The position numbers and the translations under genes were made by a program. This document shows positions 37,601 through 50,217 of a stretch of DNA of 64,000 nt, piece by piece. This DNA is from Asterionella formosa (lineage: Eukaryota): positions 1 through 64,000 of the forward strand of contig NKIB01012851.1 in assembly GCA_002256025.1 (NCBI GenBank), in the 5' to 3' direction. The notes under the pieces were generated by a model. That model saw only the letters and a program-made list of their open reading frames with translations. It ran no database searches and had not been told where the DNA came from. The stretch's first letter is position 1, and every line of letters starts with the position of its first letter.

Positions 37601-38148
37601 TGTCTGAATGATACTTTGAGCTGCTCGAATGTAGAGTTTAGTTCGGCGCTCCTTTCAACCAGTGAACCGGAATCGCCGGCATCGCCCAAGATACGACGCT
37701 GGAATTCAGGCACTAAGTTAGCCAAGTGCAACAATATGGTGGGATCTTGCGCGCCTTCATTCATTTCCTGCCGTATTCCCTCTATCTGGCTTTCCTCGAT
37801 CGAATGGCACAGCTCCGTGCAGGCATTAGCAATGGCCGAAAAGGGCAGCGCTTCGGCCCGCTGTTCGAACTTTCCAGATACGTAGTGACCAGCATCTGGA
37901 ACCAATTCTTGCAGCTTTGCGATCAGCGATGACTTGCCCACCCCAGATGGACCGTTCACAAATACAATGAAAGGTCCTTTGGAGTGGAGACAATAATCCA
38001 AGGCATTTTGAAGAACTTGGATCTCATGTGTTCGTCCATGCAACTCGCGATTGGCAAAGTTGAGTTGAACCGCGCTGGAACGTTTCACGTTCTTGGGGAG
38101 AAATCCGCGGCCCTGCCCTTCCTTGCTGATCCTTCTTGAAGCCTCCAT
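34623..38148 (-). CDS. STAND-class P-loop ATPase (AAA_16) with winged helix and TPR-like superhelix; exons 38148-37251, 37192-35759, 35662-34623
   Basis: LHGR..EI, GPSGVGKS, SGKFEQ, AIDDLHWAD, TNGNPFF, YRFSHDKI, ALANERAA, WNATAKV; resembles the core of cyanobacterial HstK-type kinases. Confidence 0.85.
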
Positions 38149-40539
38149 GACACACACGAATTAGTGGATGGCTAGGTCTCGTCGATGCATTGCTCACTGG
38201 TGAATGTGGTTGGGAGGTCTGCTCTGCGGGTTAGAAAAAAATCGTAAAAGAGCGGTGAATTTTCGCGATTTGCGTCTTGCTTTTGTGCCTACCCACCAAT
38301 CGTGCTAAATACAGTCTAAAATTCCACATCATATTTCATGCTGACTTGCTGTGTTTGAGGCATTTTCTTCGTTCCTCAATTTCGTCGCTTACTACGGTAT
38401 TCCGACAGCCAATAGAAATAAATCCCTTCGAGCGTCCAGAATAGACGGTACATGGGGTACCTGGTATGCATAGTAAATATATTTCAGTGTTTGCAAAGAG
38501 ACTATTGGATATATACTCCAGTGGCATAATATCCATAGCATGTCTTGATGGAAGACAGAACATGCATGGCTTCTCGATGGATACCAGATATATATAAGGG
38601 GTACAAGGGTACCAGCAGATGGTGCCAGTCCTGGGCACCACCTGTGCTCGCTGTGGTTCTAGAGATGACAAACCGCACACACTATTTAAAATCCAGATGA
38701 AATAAGTAAGTACCAGGTTGCATGGGTGAAAATTACTTGGAGGAGTTCATACATGCCATTGTACGTAACAGATACATAAAGCTACATAGAGACCGAACAG
38801 GACAATCATGGGGTCATCAGGAGAGAGGCCCTTTCAACAATCTGGGCAATTACTTACAGCTCTTCCCTGCAGAACGGAATGGAGCATTAGAATGTCATTT
38901 CGTGAGACTTCTGTTGTGCCAGTACTTAAAGGCTATTTGTTGTATGAAGGCAATAATCTTCCAGATTAATTATTGGTGAAGTACCCGTACCTGGTACTAT
39001 CTTCCCACTTTCGAACAAACAGTTGCATCGATAAAATAAAGGGACATTCTGAATCCTACGATTCTCTACGCACGTCACTTACCATATTGTGCTCCTTGCT
39101 CTGACCTTTTTACAAGCGATCCATGAAAACAAAATTATTGATTGGATGACCGACATTATAGGACATTGAAAGTCTTTTTGTTTGCTTAGCCCCGACCTTG
39201 GTGCCCATAAAAAGACGATTGTGTCGGACGGATACCTGTTGGGCGTTGAACCTTCGTATTTTTCTTTCTTTTCCCCGATTACGAAGATTATTCTTTGTTC
39301 GCCTGAAGATTTCGGGGGTCAACCCCGATACTGACCCTCCTATGTGCGTACGGTAGTATCTTCGTATTTTGATGAACAATCTTAGTTTCCAGGATTAGAA
39401 ATCTTTGGGCAAACGAAGATTGTCTCCACCAATCAGAATGGCGGAGACTATATAAATTAATATACTGATGATATATCGGTACCGTAGTAATAATTATCAT
39501 GATTTTAAATATTTTTTAAGGATAATAATTTGCAACATGACGACTCTGCCAACACTTTCGTCAACCTTCCTGGTGCAATATCAACAGTGGGTGCAGCCAT
39601 GGAAGCAACAATGTCATGGCATGTATCAGCAGCCTTGCCAGCTGCATTGCGAAATGAGTTTGTTTCTTAGTTCAATTTGCAAGCTCAATCTGAGAAAGGG
39701 AATCAGTGATTGCCATCCAACAGTAATTGCCATCGAACAACATCTGCTAAGCAAACAAGCCATGTTAGTGGAAGAAGTTCCTAACAAACCAAAAGTGCAT
39801 GTTACAATTGGAAATGAACCCATGGGACAAAGCAAGCCTCTTTCGCAAAATTTCAATTGGTTAGAATGATCCATCAAGGAAAGAGATAGGCTGATGTGAA
39901 GGCTGATCACCTTACAACAATAGGAACAAAGATGATGGCAATGTTGAGTGGCAATTATTTTTATTAATATTAACTACATTAATATTCCTACACATCAGAC
40001 TACCAGTTTTCATTTAGGAAATAAGTATCAATTTATGAGTTTGGGTCATTTGACATATGGATTGACACATTTGAAAGTTCCCAAATTCGAAGATCAAAGA
40101 GTTTGCCATCATGATAGCTTCATACCAATATTCGATCTTCGTATTTCGGGCACGGTAAGTTTCTGCCTTTGGCCGTGCTAAATGTGGACCGAAACTAAAA
40201 CCCCAAAAAGAGAAATTTAGGTATGGTTTTGGCTTTGGTCAGACAGACGAAAAAGAGATGCTAACGGTTTTTAGGGAAGCCTAAACGTTGTCAGCCACCC
40301 ATGGAATGTGACTTGTTAGGACAACAAGAATATAACTTCTTATTTTTCTACTTTTTCAAATCAAATAGCATGATTACTATTAGGAAATTATTTATTTTCC
40401 ACTGCAATTTAATGCTTTGGCTGGTGATTGTCACATGTATAAACCATTCATGAAAGGGAGTCATGAGTCGTAGGCAAAGTAATCAAACTTATAATTATTA
40501 ATATTTTTATTATATATATATACTATATATATGTACGAG

Positions 40540-41650
40540 TTTCTAAACAGCCACAGCAACCACATCAACATTACAACATTACCAATCTTCACTAACCATG
40601 GCTCCAGCTCCCCTCCCAGCAAAGAAAACTCTTGCTCCAGCCATCTGCATGGCAGAAGGAGCTGCAATGAAATGTTGCCGTTGCCATTATTGACAAGATT
40701 GTGTAGAGCCTACAATGGCAATAAAAAATCTTCAAGCGAAAAATATATATGCTTTATCATGGCGATCCCACTGTTCAAGGAAGCATCGGATATTTTGAGT
40801 CACTGCCGAGGGGAATGTGCCAGTTCGAAGATCTTTGGAGTAGAGAGGAGCTGAATACCAACCTTCTCCAAGGAAACGCAGATAGAGATTCTGCTTTTGA
40901 TTTGGTGTTTAAAGACTACTACTCACATGATTATCAAAATAAATATATTGCTGGCTCTCAACTAACAACAATATCTCTTTCTGGCATCGAAATGAAGAAT
41001 ATGTCTACCTTAAATACTGGTCGAACTCTCTTGAAAATGACTCAGCTTGCTCTAATGAATTGGAAGAAGGCCTTTTCATTTGTCTCGCAATTTCTACGTC
41101 CTGATGAAAGTTCGCCTTCTGGTAACAATGTTAAACACTATGACAGTCCAGTCATGTCTTAAAGCGGATGTTTCAATACCTGAAGGGTCAAAAACTGTTG
41201 GCGATCCTCGCGACCCAGTTAATGTTGATGAGTATGAGGACGAGGACAAGGACAAGGACAAGGACAAAGACAAGGACAAAGACAAGGACAAAGACAAGGA
41301 CAAAGACAAGGACAAAGACAAGGACAAAGACAAGGACAAAGACAAGGACAAGGACAAGGGCAAGGGCAAGGACAAGGACAAGGACAAGGACAAGGACAAG
41401 GACAAGGAATTATAAGTGCAAAGGCATTAACTGATGATGATGGAATGCCTGCTGATTATTTTTTCCATGGCTGGATTGGATTCAAATTATTTGGACCATT
41501 TGCTAGAGATTAATTCAAATCAATTCTTTTGTTCTTGCTAACAAATATTGTGTGTTTGCTCATGAAAAAAGAGGGAGCAGGCCGTGCATCAGCCAATAAA
41601 ATGGATGCATAGGAGTGAAGAAGAAGTGTCAGTCGCTCATCCGATGTGAA
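40540..41650 (+). pseudogene. Degraded ORF, probably the accessory gene of a Harbinger element
   Basis: Frameshifted fragments (NWKKAFSF, PSGNN, MFQYLKG, acidic tract, YFFHGWIGFKLFGP) convergent with a Harbinger transposase remnant. Confidence 0.4.
41245..41406 (+). repeat. (GACAAR)27 hexamer microsatellite
   Basis: GACAAG/GACAAA units with two GGCAAG variants. Confidence 0.95.
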
Positions 41651-42249
41651 AGTTGACTATTCCATTGGCAGCAGAGGACAGTTGAAAGTTGACTCATTGG
41701 TCGAAGCTTTAAGACTAGCTTTGTCTGAGTATTTGTTGAAAAATGCAATTGTGGGAAATGCATGAATTGGTCTCAGTCAATCTGCTGCATGGTGTACTTG
41801 TGATTGGATGAAATTTTTCTTTTGCAACAACAGGCCAGATGCCCATTGGATCATATAATGTCGGCAAATATCCAGAACAACAAGCTTGACATATTAGATG
41901 AAAAACCTGAATCGATTACAAATGAGATATACAGTTTGTTGTCTCACCAGGCAGACAACAAGGAATTGGGAGAATGTTGTTGATGAGTAGCTATTACTCA
42001 AAGAAAATTAAGTCTCTCCACGCTCAATCCCTTTGTCAAATGACTACAGCTCACCTGTAAATGTGTTGAGTATAACAGCAATGGCTTCTGTGACTCAGGC
42101 ACAATGTGAAGTTATATCACCTGTTGCAAGGCTACCACCAACAAGGTCAACTACAGTGAATAGTACATAGGCTGATTTTGTCACCACTCCAAGTGGAAAT
42201 TGGGAAGACCCAGTAGCCTATTTAGTTTAAATTGATACTATAGTTCTTT

Positions 42250-42720
42250 CTATATCACTATCAACTGTATTTTTGCTTTCCAGGGACAATTATTTACATC
42301 ACGGCGTGATGGCCAAATATTCTTATTGGGTTTCCATAAAACATCAAAATGTTCAATCAGTTTACTTCTGAAGAAATGTAAACTTAGATGCCGGACCACT
42401 CGAATATTATCAGTGGTCATTGTCAACATGTGAATATTGCAGTTTTCCTTGGGATCAGGAAATAAATTGCGAATTGAATCAGGAATTTGTCCACCACCAT
42501 CATTATCTGGAACCATCCCAGAGGTATCAATCATTCTCACAAGATGGCTAATCCAAGTACTGGTGATACAACTCTATTCAGTCACTGAATAGCCAAAGGT
42601 GCCTCATTTTTATTTAACTGGCCTAGGTGGCCTTCCCAGCCGCTTGGAACACCATCCCCCATTGCATGTCTAAACCATCAATATGAAGTAACATATTGTA
42701 TTTTCACTCCCATTAGCATC
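42250..42720 (-). pseudogene. C-terminal remnant of a Harbinger-type transposase
   Basis: YNMLLHIDGLDMQW, GVPSGWEG and FRSKLIEHF...IWP fragments. Confidence 0.6.
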
Positions 42721-44163
42721 ACCAAACCACTGTTTGGTTTTTGGTTTTGTTTTGGTCCATGCTGGTTAGCACCAGCCTTATTTGAACAAATCACGTTCAC
42801 TGCAACTGTTATGGACCTTTTAATGTTCAGTTATTCCCACATTGACCATCCAAACCTGCAGCATCAGCAATTAAGAAAATCAGAAATTTATTTATAAAGG
42901 TGAATTTTTTCGGTTGAAATCGAACATGCACATAACTCCTTCAGCTTGATAAACAACTCTCGTGCTTTCATCAACAATCATCCTAGCTAGCTAATACAAC
43001 AGCATTATAATCGGTTTCGTATTGATCATAGTATGTCAGAGTGAGTCAGGGTATAAATTTCAGATAGGCTTGACAAAGTCAGCTTGAGCATCAATCCAAT
43101 TCACTGCCATGTATGTCATGTATTTCTTACTTTGGTTTGTGATGAAGAACCATAGTTATATTACAAGGATAGGCTTCATTGCGTAGGTTTCCTTTGAATC
43201 TTGTTTGTGGGTCCTATCAATAAAGAACTAAAAACATAGGAACTTTAACTTGGACCAGGTGAAGAGGTATCCAAGAGAATTGATCCACCAGCTACCCATG
43301 TGAAATTCCCACTTAGCTACGTTACTACTAGGCTGTGATGTCTTGCATGCATCTTGGATTGACAATGACAAATGATACATTTCCTCCTTTTATTTGTAAG
43401 ACTTGGTTCAGTCAATATCTAGTCAATTAATCCAGTCAATAACTAGTCAATTAATCTACAACACAATCCATATTTCCCATATTTCTATTCAATACAGGGT
43501 TTGAATAAGGCTTCCAAAGGATGAAAGCACTACATGAGTCAAGATTCTGTTCAATCTTTGGCAGTGAACAAGCCTGGGCTAGACCGATGAACCCATCTAC
43601 ATGTGAGTTACCAAAAGAAAAGACTCAGCTGCAATGGACGATCATATGCAGATGAGGAGGAGGCAGAATTCAAGGTATATGAAGGATCTAAAAGAAACCA
43701 ATGACAGCAGAAAAGTCTCCATTTGATGTTTTGTTAGAGTTTGTCAAAAATTGGAAGGACACAGGAGCCATGATAACACATCATTCATATGACCAAAGTT
43801 GACTCAAACTCAAATTTGATTTTGTCTTTCTATTTAATTTCATTACTGGTAGATGGGCTCAACCCATGGCAAGAATTGAGGGTGACAACAAATATTTCAT
43901 TCCAACTAGTAGTAGTCAGATTTTTCTATTGGCAGCTATCATAAGTAGCAACAAAACTCAAGGCGATCAAGGAAAAACAACAATACTCAAGGCAATCAAG
44001 GAAAGTGAGTGCTTACAGCTGAACAACATCAACTGTTGATACCAAAGAAATGTTATGCTTTGCTTCTACTCTAACTGTTTTGCCATAACCTTGATTATAA
44101 TCCATTTGTTTGAGAGTAAATCAAATTCACTAATTACCAAATTGAGTCAGTGCAATCCTCTGC

Positions 44164-46633
44164 TCATCGCTTCGCATTCGCTTGATCATTGTATGCTCCT
44201 TCTAATTCCATCAGCTTCCGCTTCAAGGCCGATGATGGGTCCCCAAATCCAGCCAAGGCAGCTCGTGCTTGTTGCTGGGCTTGATGTTGTTGTAGCAAGG
44301 AAGCAGCGCTTCCATTTCCATTTGAAAACAAGGACGCCGCTGACATGTCCCTGCCAAAGGATCCTGATCCTGATCGAGCCAAGGCATTGGCCAAGGCCGA
44401 ATTGGATCCTGCTTGGGCTTGTAGTATTTGATGTTGCAACAAGGACGCTGCTGAGTGGCTGCCATGTTGTTGCTGTTGTTGTTGTTGCTGCTGCTGTTGC
44501 TGCATCAATGACATATTCAAGAGAGATGGGTCTTGGTGAGGAATATCACCAGCTGCTACTAGGCTGAGAAAGTCATCCACACTTGTATTACGTTGATTGA
44601 GCCCATCTTGCATCCTTAGCGCTGTCAACCCTGTTGACGAGTCATTCCGAAACAGATTGGCCAGAGACAGAGCACTCGCATTGTTGTTATTATTCATAGC
44701 ATTGTTTCCAAATAGTGAATTGGCGCTACCCCCTGGCTGGCCTAGATTATTTTGCATGTTTTGAAGCAAGTTGTTAAAATTGGCATTGGAGCCGCCGCCC
44801 CCACCTCCAGTCTTGTTGACGTTTTGAGAACTCAACGACCGAAGTAATGATTCCATCCTTCCAATACTTGCCAACCGGCGCGCATTGGCCAAATCGGCGA
44901 AGGCCCCGTTGGATTCTCTCTGACCTGCCAATGCTGCTGCCAAATTGGAATCGGAAAAGTTATTATTTGACAAATGACGTCCACCAAGATTGAAGTCAGC
45001 ATTCTTCATTCCATTTTGTGGAATACTGCCTGGCAAGGCTGAGCCACTCTGAATAAGGTTCGCCAAGTTATCAATGGACTGCAGAGATTGCAAGTCCAGC
45101 GACATGAGTGCGTCAAAGGAACTTTGTCGGTCCATCATATTGGACAGTGATGCCGATGACATGCCTCCTTCTCGTGCCAATTGTGAGAGTTGATCTCTGG
45201 ACAAGCCGGATTTAAGTAGTAAATTGTTCATGGACGAACCAGCAGCTGTTAGACCCGCCAAGCGTGCCGCAGATGCATTGTGGGCAATTTGAGCCATGGC
45301 AGATCCAGAAAGGCCCGTACTGTTTCCAGTATGTGTCCCATTGCCAAACATGGCCGACGAAGAGGAGCCGCCCCCGCTTAACGCATGGAGAATGTTATTG
45401 GCAGAGTCACTACCAAAGGAATGGAACAAGGACGATCTTGAATTGGCCAAGTCAGCCATTGCAAGCAATCCCGCTGAACCTCGCGAGGAAGCTGACGACA
45501 GGGAAGGATTTGAATTGAGGCTGGAGGTACCTCCCAATAGGGCCCGTCCTGCTGCGGCGGCGCGTTGATTGGCAGTCGTTCCAGACAGGGCCGCGGCTGC
45601 CATGGCAGCCCCGGTGCCCTGTTGGTATCCCATGGGAGGTTGTAGCCATGGAGGGGAAGGTGGAGACGACTTTTTCTCGTGATCATCCGCTGAGGATGGA
45701 GCCCCCGTGGAATTGGTTGGGCCTCCTCCTCCCGACGTAACCCCCGAAGACTTGACTCGATTTGTCTGTGCAACGCGTTCCAGAAAGCGTCGTTCCAGTT
45801 CTGATAATTCTACTCTCGACTGTTGAATTTGTTCCGGTGTGAGTCGATTGATATCTGCCGTTCTTCGTCTAAAGACTTGCTTTCCGATACAATTGCTTCC
45901 AACGAATTTCTTCGAAATGCGCATGGGGTCGCAATTGAGCAGCTTCGACAAAAAGGTCCGGAGGGTTGTTCCGTCTGTGAGGGGGAGGAGTCCAGCCTTA
46001 AATTCTTGAATGAGCCGATTGGCGTATCCTTCTTCTTCAGTGGTCCACTTCCCACGACGCATGGGAGGTCCTTTCTTCTTGTTGCCTCCGGGGGAAAGTG
46101 GCGACGACGAAGTGGGGACTTGAGAGGGAGGAGGCGCCTTGCGCAAGACAGCCATGGCAGAGGGTGCGGGGTAGGGTTGTTTGACAGCGTTGCTACTGTT
46201 ATTGTTGCTATTGCTGCTGTTCATTTGAGAATGAAGTGCAAGGGCGTTCCTGGCCCGTTCCATGGCTGTATTGGCAGCAGCATTTGCAGATGTTGCCTTG
46301 TCCTGTTGTTGTTTCTGACTCTCTTGAACCAACTTGGCGAGAGCGGCAACCAGCACTGTACCGCTGCCGTCATCGTTGCTTTTGGATTCCGCTGCCTGCT
46401 CGCTGGAAGGCGGTGACGCCGACGGGGGAGGAGTCGAGGTAGCCTCTAGAGGAGGAGGCGCTAGACCGTCTGCTTCCGCAGCACTCTTTGCAGCTTGGAC
46501 TAGCAGCGAGGGCAGGCTGTTGTGAGTTGGATTAGGGATTCATTGTGTGTTAGGTTAGATCGAGTCATTCCATAGATCGGATTGATGCAAGCTGACAAGC
46601 AACAGTTGCCCTCGCTTACTTTGAAGTGTCCAT
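44164..46633 (-). CDS. Stramenopile-type Myb-like putative transcription factor; 14-nt first exon 46633-46620, exon 2 46516-44164
   Basis: RRGKWTTEEE.YANRLI.EF..GLLPL..GTTLR.FLSKLLNCDPMRISKKF domain; long S/N/G/Q low-complexity tail; a GTAAG...CAG intron gives in-frame MDTSNLPSLL. Confidence 0.8.
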
Positions 46634-47541
46634 CAAGTGAAGTCAGTGGTAACAAGGTCGGAGTAGCTGATACCAGGTAACAAGAAACAAAGAGCAACGT
46701 TGCAGATGAAGAAGAACGTGAGGTATAGATGTTCCGTATTTATATATTGAAGGAGAGGTATTGCTCTTCGTACTATGCGTGTGGGGAAAACATTCCTACT
46801 GTAACGTTGAAGGCAAAACTTCCCTTTTCTCCCACGATTTTACCGTTGTATTGTTACTCGTACAAAGGTAACCAGACGGTGCAGTAGAACTCTACAGGCA
46901 CTGGACAGAGGTGCACCGGCATAGACGGAGAAAACTGACTTGAAAGTCATAATGCAACAGCGATAATGACCGCATTCTGTGATAAGAAATGCTTCAGACA
47001 TTTTCATACACTTTTGATTGGTTGACTTTGAGAACTACGACCTCAGACAAAGAGGCACAATCGATTCTTGTCGACATTGAATTCATGACTACCTGTGGTA
47101 GCAATGTTTATACTGACGTCACCTATCGTAGAATCACTGACGCACGTAGGATATAATATGTACTTGATGTTCCAACTTCATTTTGAAGTTCGATCGAACT
47201 ACATACAGTACATGAAAAGTAAAACTCTGTACCAGGTACCAGGGTACCAGAAAAATGCTGCATTGACCCACTGTTTTATCCAATTTGTTTGATTAATTCG
47301 ACTAACACTTAGCGCGCCTCTGCTCTCTGACATTGTTCGGAAGTATTGATGTCATAAGGCGTCAGTACATTAGCATCCTGTTCCTAGTTAAATTGCACAT
47401 CTGGTTCAGAAAATATTAACATTCATGAAGTGAAAAAAGAAATTGAAACGAAGTGCTAAACTTGAAGTTCAGTTGGTGACAATTTATACTACTTTTCCTT
47501 CCACACTGCTTCCATTTCATCAGCTCTTGACTATTGATTAA

Positions 47542-48738
47542 GGTTCCTGCATTTGAACCCCTAGGCAAAAATTGAAATATTGCTTAGGGTTGCCGAAATT
47601 CCCTGGAACTAAGAACTTTTATGTGCTAATTTGAATATCAATGATTCAGTTTGAAATATTCAAATGAGTGGAAATTTGCGCGTACGTGTATAGATTCCAT
47701 TTCAAATGCACTAAATATGTATAAATAGATTCCTCATCGCTGAATGTTTTATATTGCTTTTCTACCGATAGTAACACCTACTCGTGTCAACAAATATGTT
47801 TCACATTCACGACCCGGCGGCTCCGAAAAATATTTGAATGTGCATACTGAAGGTAGTAACGTACTGGTAAGCGTGCACTACCTCGTACTATGACCAATGA
47901 TGATCAGCTACCTGGTACCGGTAGGTCTACCCGGATCTCGGTATTCCTACCGGTACTCCGTACGGATATCTCATGGTTTTCGGATAGGTCTACCCGGTAC
48001 TCGGTATTCCTACTCCGTACGGATACCGGTATACGGGTAGGATCGGCCAACACCCAAGAAAATGCTTCATGTGTATCCAGTGTGGCCGGCGTGGGATTGC
48101 ACGACCTCGCAAACCGTGCCAATCGAACGGATATAAGGATAACCAATTAGAATATGATTAATACAGCGGGCAATTACATTGGAACTTTTTGTACATGAGA
48201 TTTTACGACTACAAATTTTAGCACAAGACTACCATTCCGATGATGACGTTTCGGCGATTAGTGATTCTGATTCCGACTTTTTGGTGACCGTTGAAAAGGC
48301 CGATATCGTCGAATTTTGGGACGACGATAGCTCAACGTTGGCAGGGTTTGAGGAAGAGTTAAGTACATAGGTAATCTTCATATTGCCCCAGAAGTTAACT
48401 TTCGGCGAGAAACTGCAGAAAGGAACTTCGGTTTTTTTACTAGGCCAAATAAACGAGTTAGCCCGGTAAAATCCACTATTTTCAGCATAGTTAAAAAACC
48501 GAAGTTCCTTTCTGCAGTTTCTCGCCAGATCCTATATCCTGACGATATATAGCCTTGACCTATACCCCTACTTTGATAAATGACTGTATTTTAGCATGTG
48601 GAAAGGGTGTGTATTGGTGAAAGCTCCGTTTAGCGATTTACATTTACATTTTACTTGTAAGAAGTCTATGTTTGACTACTCTGACTTAATATTATTTTTT
48701 TAACCCTACCTCGAGCTAGGGGTTCAAATGCAGGAACC
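47542..48738 (+). mobile_element. 1197-bp non-autonomous TIR element flanked by TTAA (Kolobok-like signature, or a TA target)
   Basis: Perfect 23-bp TIR GGTTCCTGCATTTGAACCCCTAG; TTAA on both sides; internal 34-bp inverted repeat. Confidence 0.9.
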
Positions 48739-49649
48739 TTAAAAATAGAAATACAACTAAGAAGTAAGCAAATAATTGATTTGATGTGGTTGTATCTGAG
48801 AAAATCAAGATTTGAGAATAAAAGAGAGATAGTTTTGCTTTACAGATTATGAATCTAGTACCACCATATCTGAATCAACATTACATCCATGATTTGTACC
48901 TTGCTTCATTTACTTATTTGTCAACAATGTACTGCTAGTAGATTCATCACTGAATGGAATTAAGAAAGAGAAGTATTTTTGTTAGTGAATCGAATGAAAA
49001 AAGGCAAATAAAGACAAAGCAACATCCCCCAAAAGTTCCAACAAGGAAGGCTTGGAAATGACCCACACTTTTGTTTGAATCTTGAATATGCATTTAAAAA
49101 TGGCTATAGTTTAGGAAAGAGGTAGAAGTTTGAGAAATTGCTGCTCAGAAAGTGGAACAAAGGCAAAAAGAGACAAAAACATCATACCGAAAAAGCATCG
49201 AGAATAAAGGCATTGCAATGACCCCCATTCTTAATTGAATCTTGAAAATTCAGTCACAAGAGGCAATAGATTAGAAAGAATGTAGGGATGTGAGAATAAT
49301 AAGCTCAGAAATAAGTGCAATTGGTTCAATCTTACCACATAGAAGCCATCATTGTCATTGTCAATTTTCCTTTATTTTTCTATCATGTGGTGCAAGGATG
49401 GTGGATAGAATGTGTAACTTGCGGACCACAATTTTGCTCATTTGCTAATATGATGTACCCGATTAAAGTAAAATTAACAAAAGAACAATGTCGCGTTATA
49501 CAGTGCTGTTGAACAAGTTTACCATGAGGACCACCAATTTAACCACCCGTCAACTATCAGTAGCAATAGATACATACTAAGGAAAATAAGTATGGCTGGA
49601 TTCATGCTCAGGGTATCCGAGGTATCACACATAAGCGCTAGTGTTTTAT

Positions 49650-49870
49650 TATTTACCAGCTGAGATATTGCAATTCTTTTGTATTTTCTATTCAAATAAT
49701 ACAGTATAGTCGTTGTGATCGGCTGGAGCATCCTGCATCATGTCGCCTCAGCCTCGACCAAGCAAAGACGTAAATAGTGGAAATCTTTATGGAAGTTGAG
49801 AGCAACGCTTTCCTATTTTATATAACAAGCACGACAAAGAAAATACAATAGAAAAAGAGTTATTTTAATG
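49650..49870. repeat. Second copy of the 21390-21620 dispersed repeat
   Basis: Shared blocks as listed for 21390-21620. Confidence 0.7.
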
Positions 49871-50217
49871 ATTCCCCAATATACCATGCAACCTTTGCTG
49901 TAGTCAAACGTTTGTATTTTCTGGGTTGTTTAAGCCTTTTTTCCTATAGTCAAAACTTCTTCTTTGAGTTTCACTGAAAATTTAGTCGAGCCTCTCAACA
50001 AAATGATTTCTATTGTACTTTATGTTACTCGTTTCTTATTTTGTAAAAAACGGCCATTGAGATAGTACCCCTTGAGCACAATGTAGCACAAGAATACCAT
50101 CAGAGATGTTAAATCTACCAGCTGATTGACAATGGAGGTGCTTTTGGTTGCATTGGTGAAGTATTGAACAGGTGTAATCATTAAAAATATATATAGGAAT
50201 TAATGATTATATACTAA

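Noticed and set aside
39020..40305. Possible transposon termini (GGGACATTCTG..., ...TCAGCCACCCATG)
   Set aside because: No matching inverted partner found within the window
41080..41434. DK, SL and RT dipeptide-repeat ORFs as real proteins
   Set aside because: These are open frames produced by a stop-free hexamer microsatellite
48995..49315. Degenerate duplication of about 160 bp
   Set aside because: Old and diverged, with no coding or structural signal
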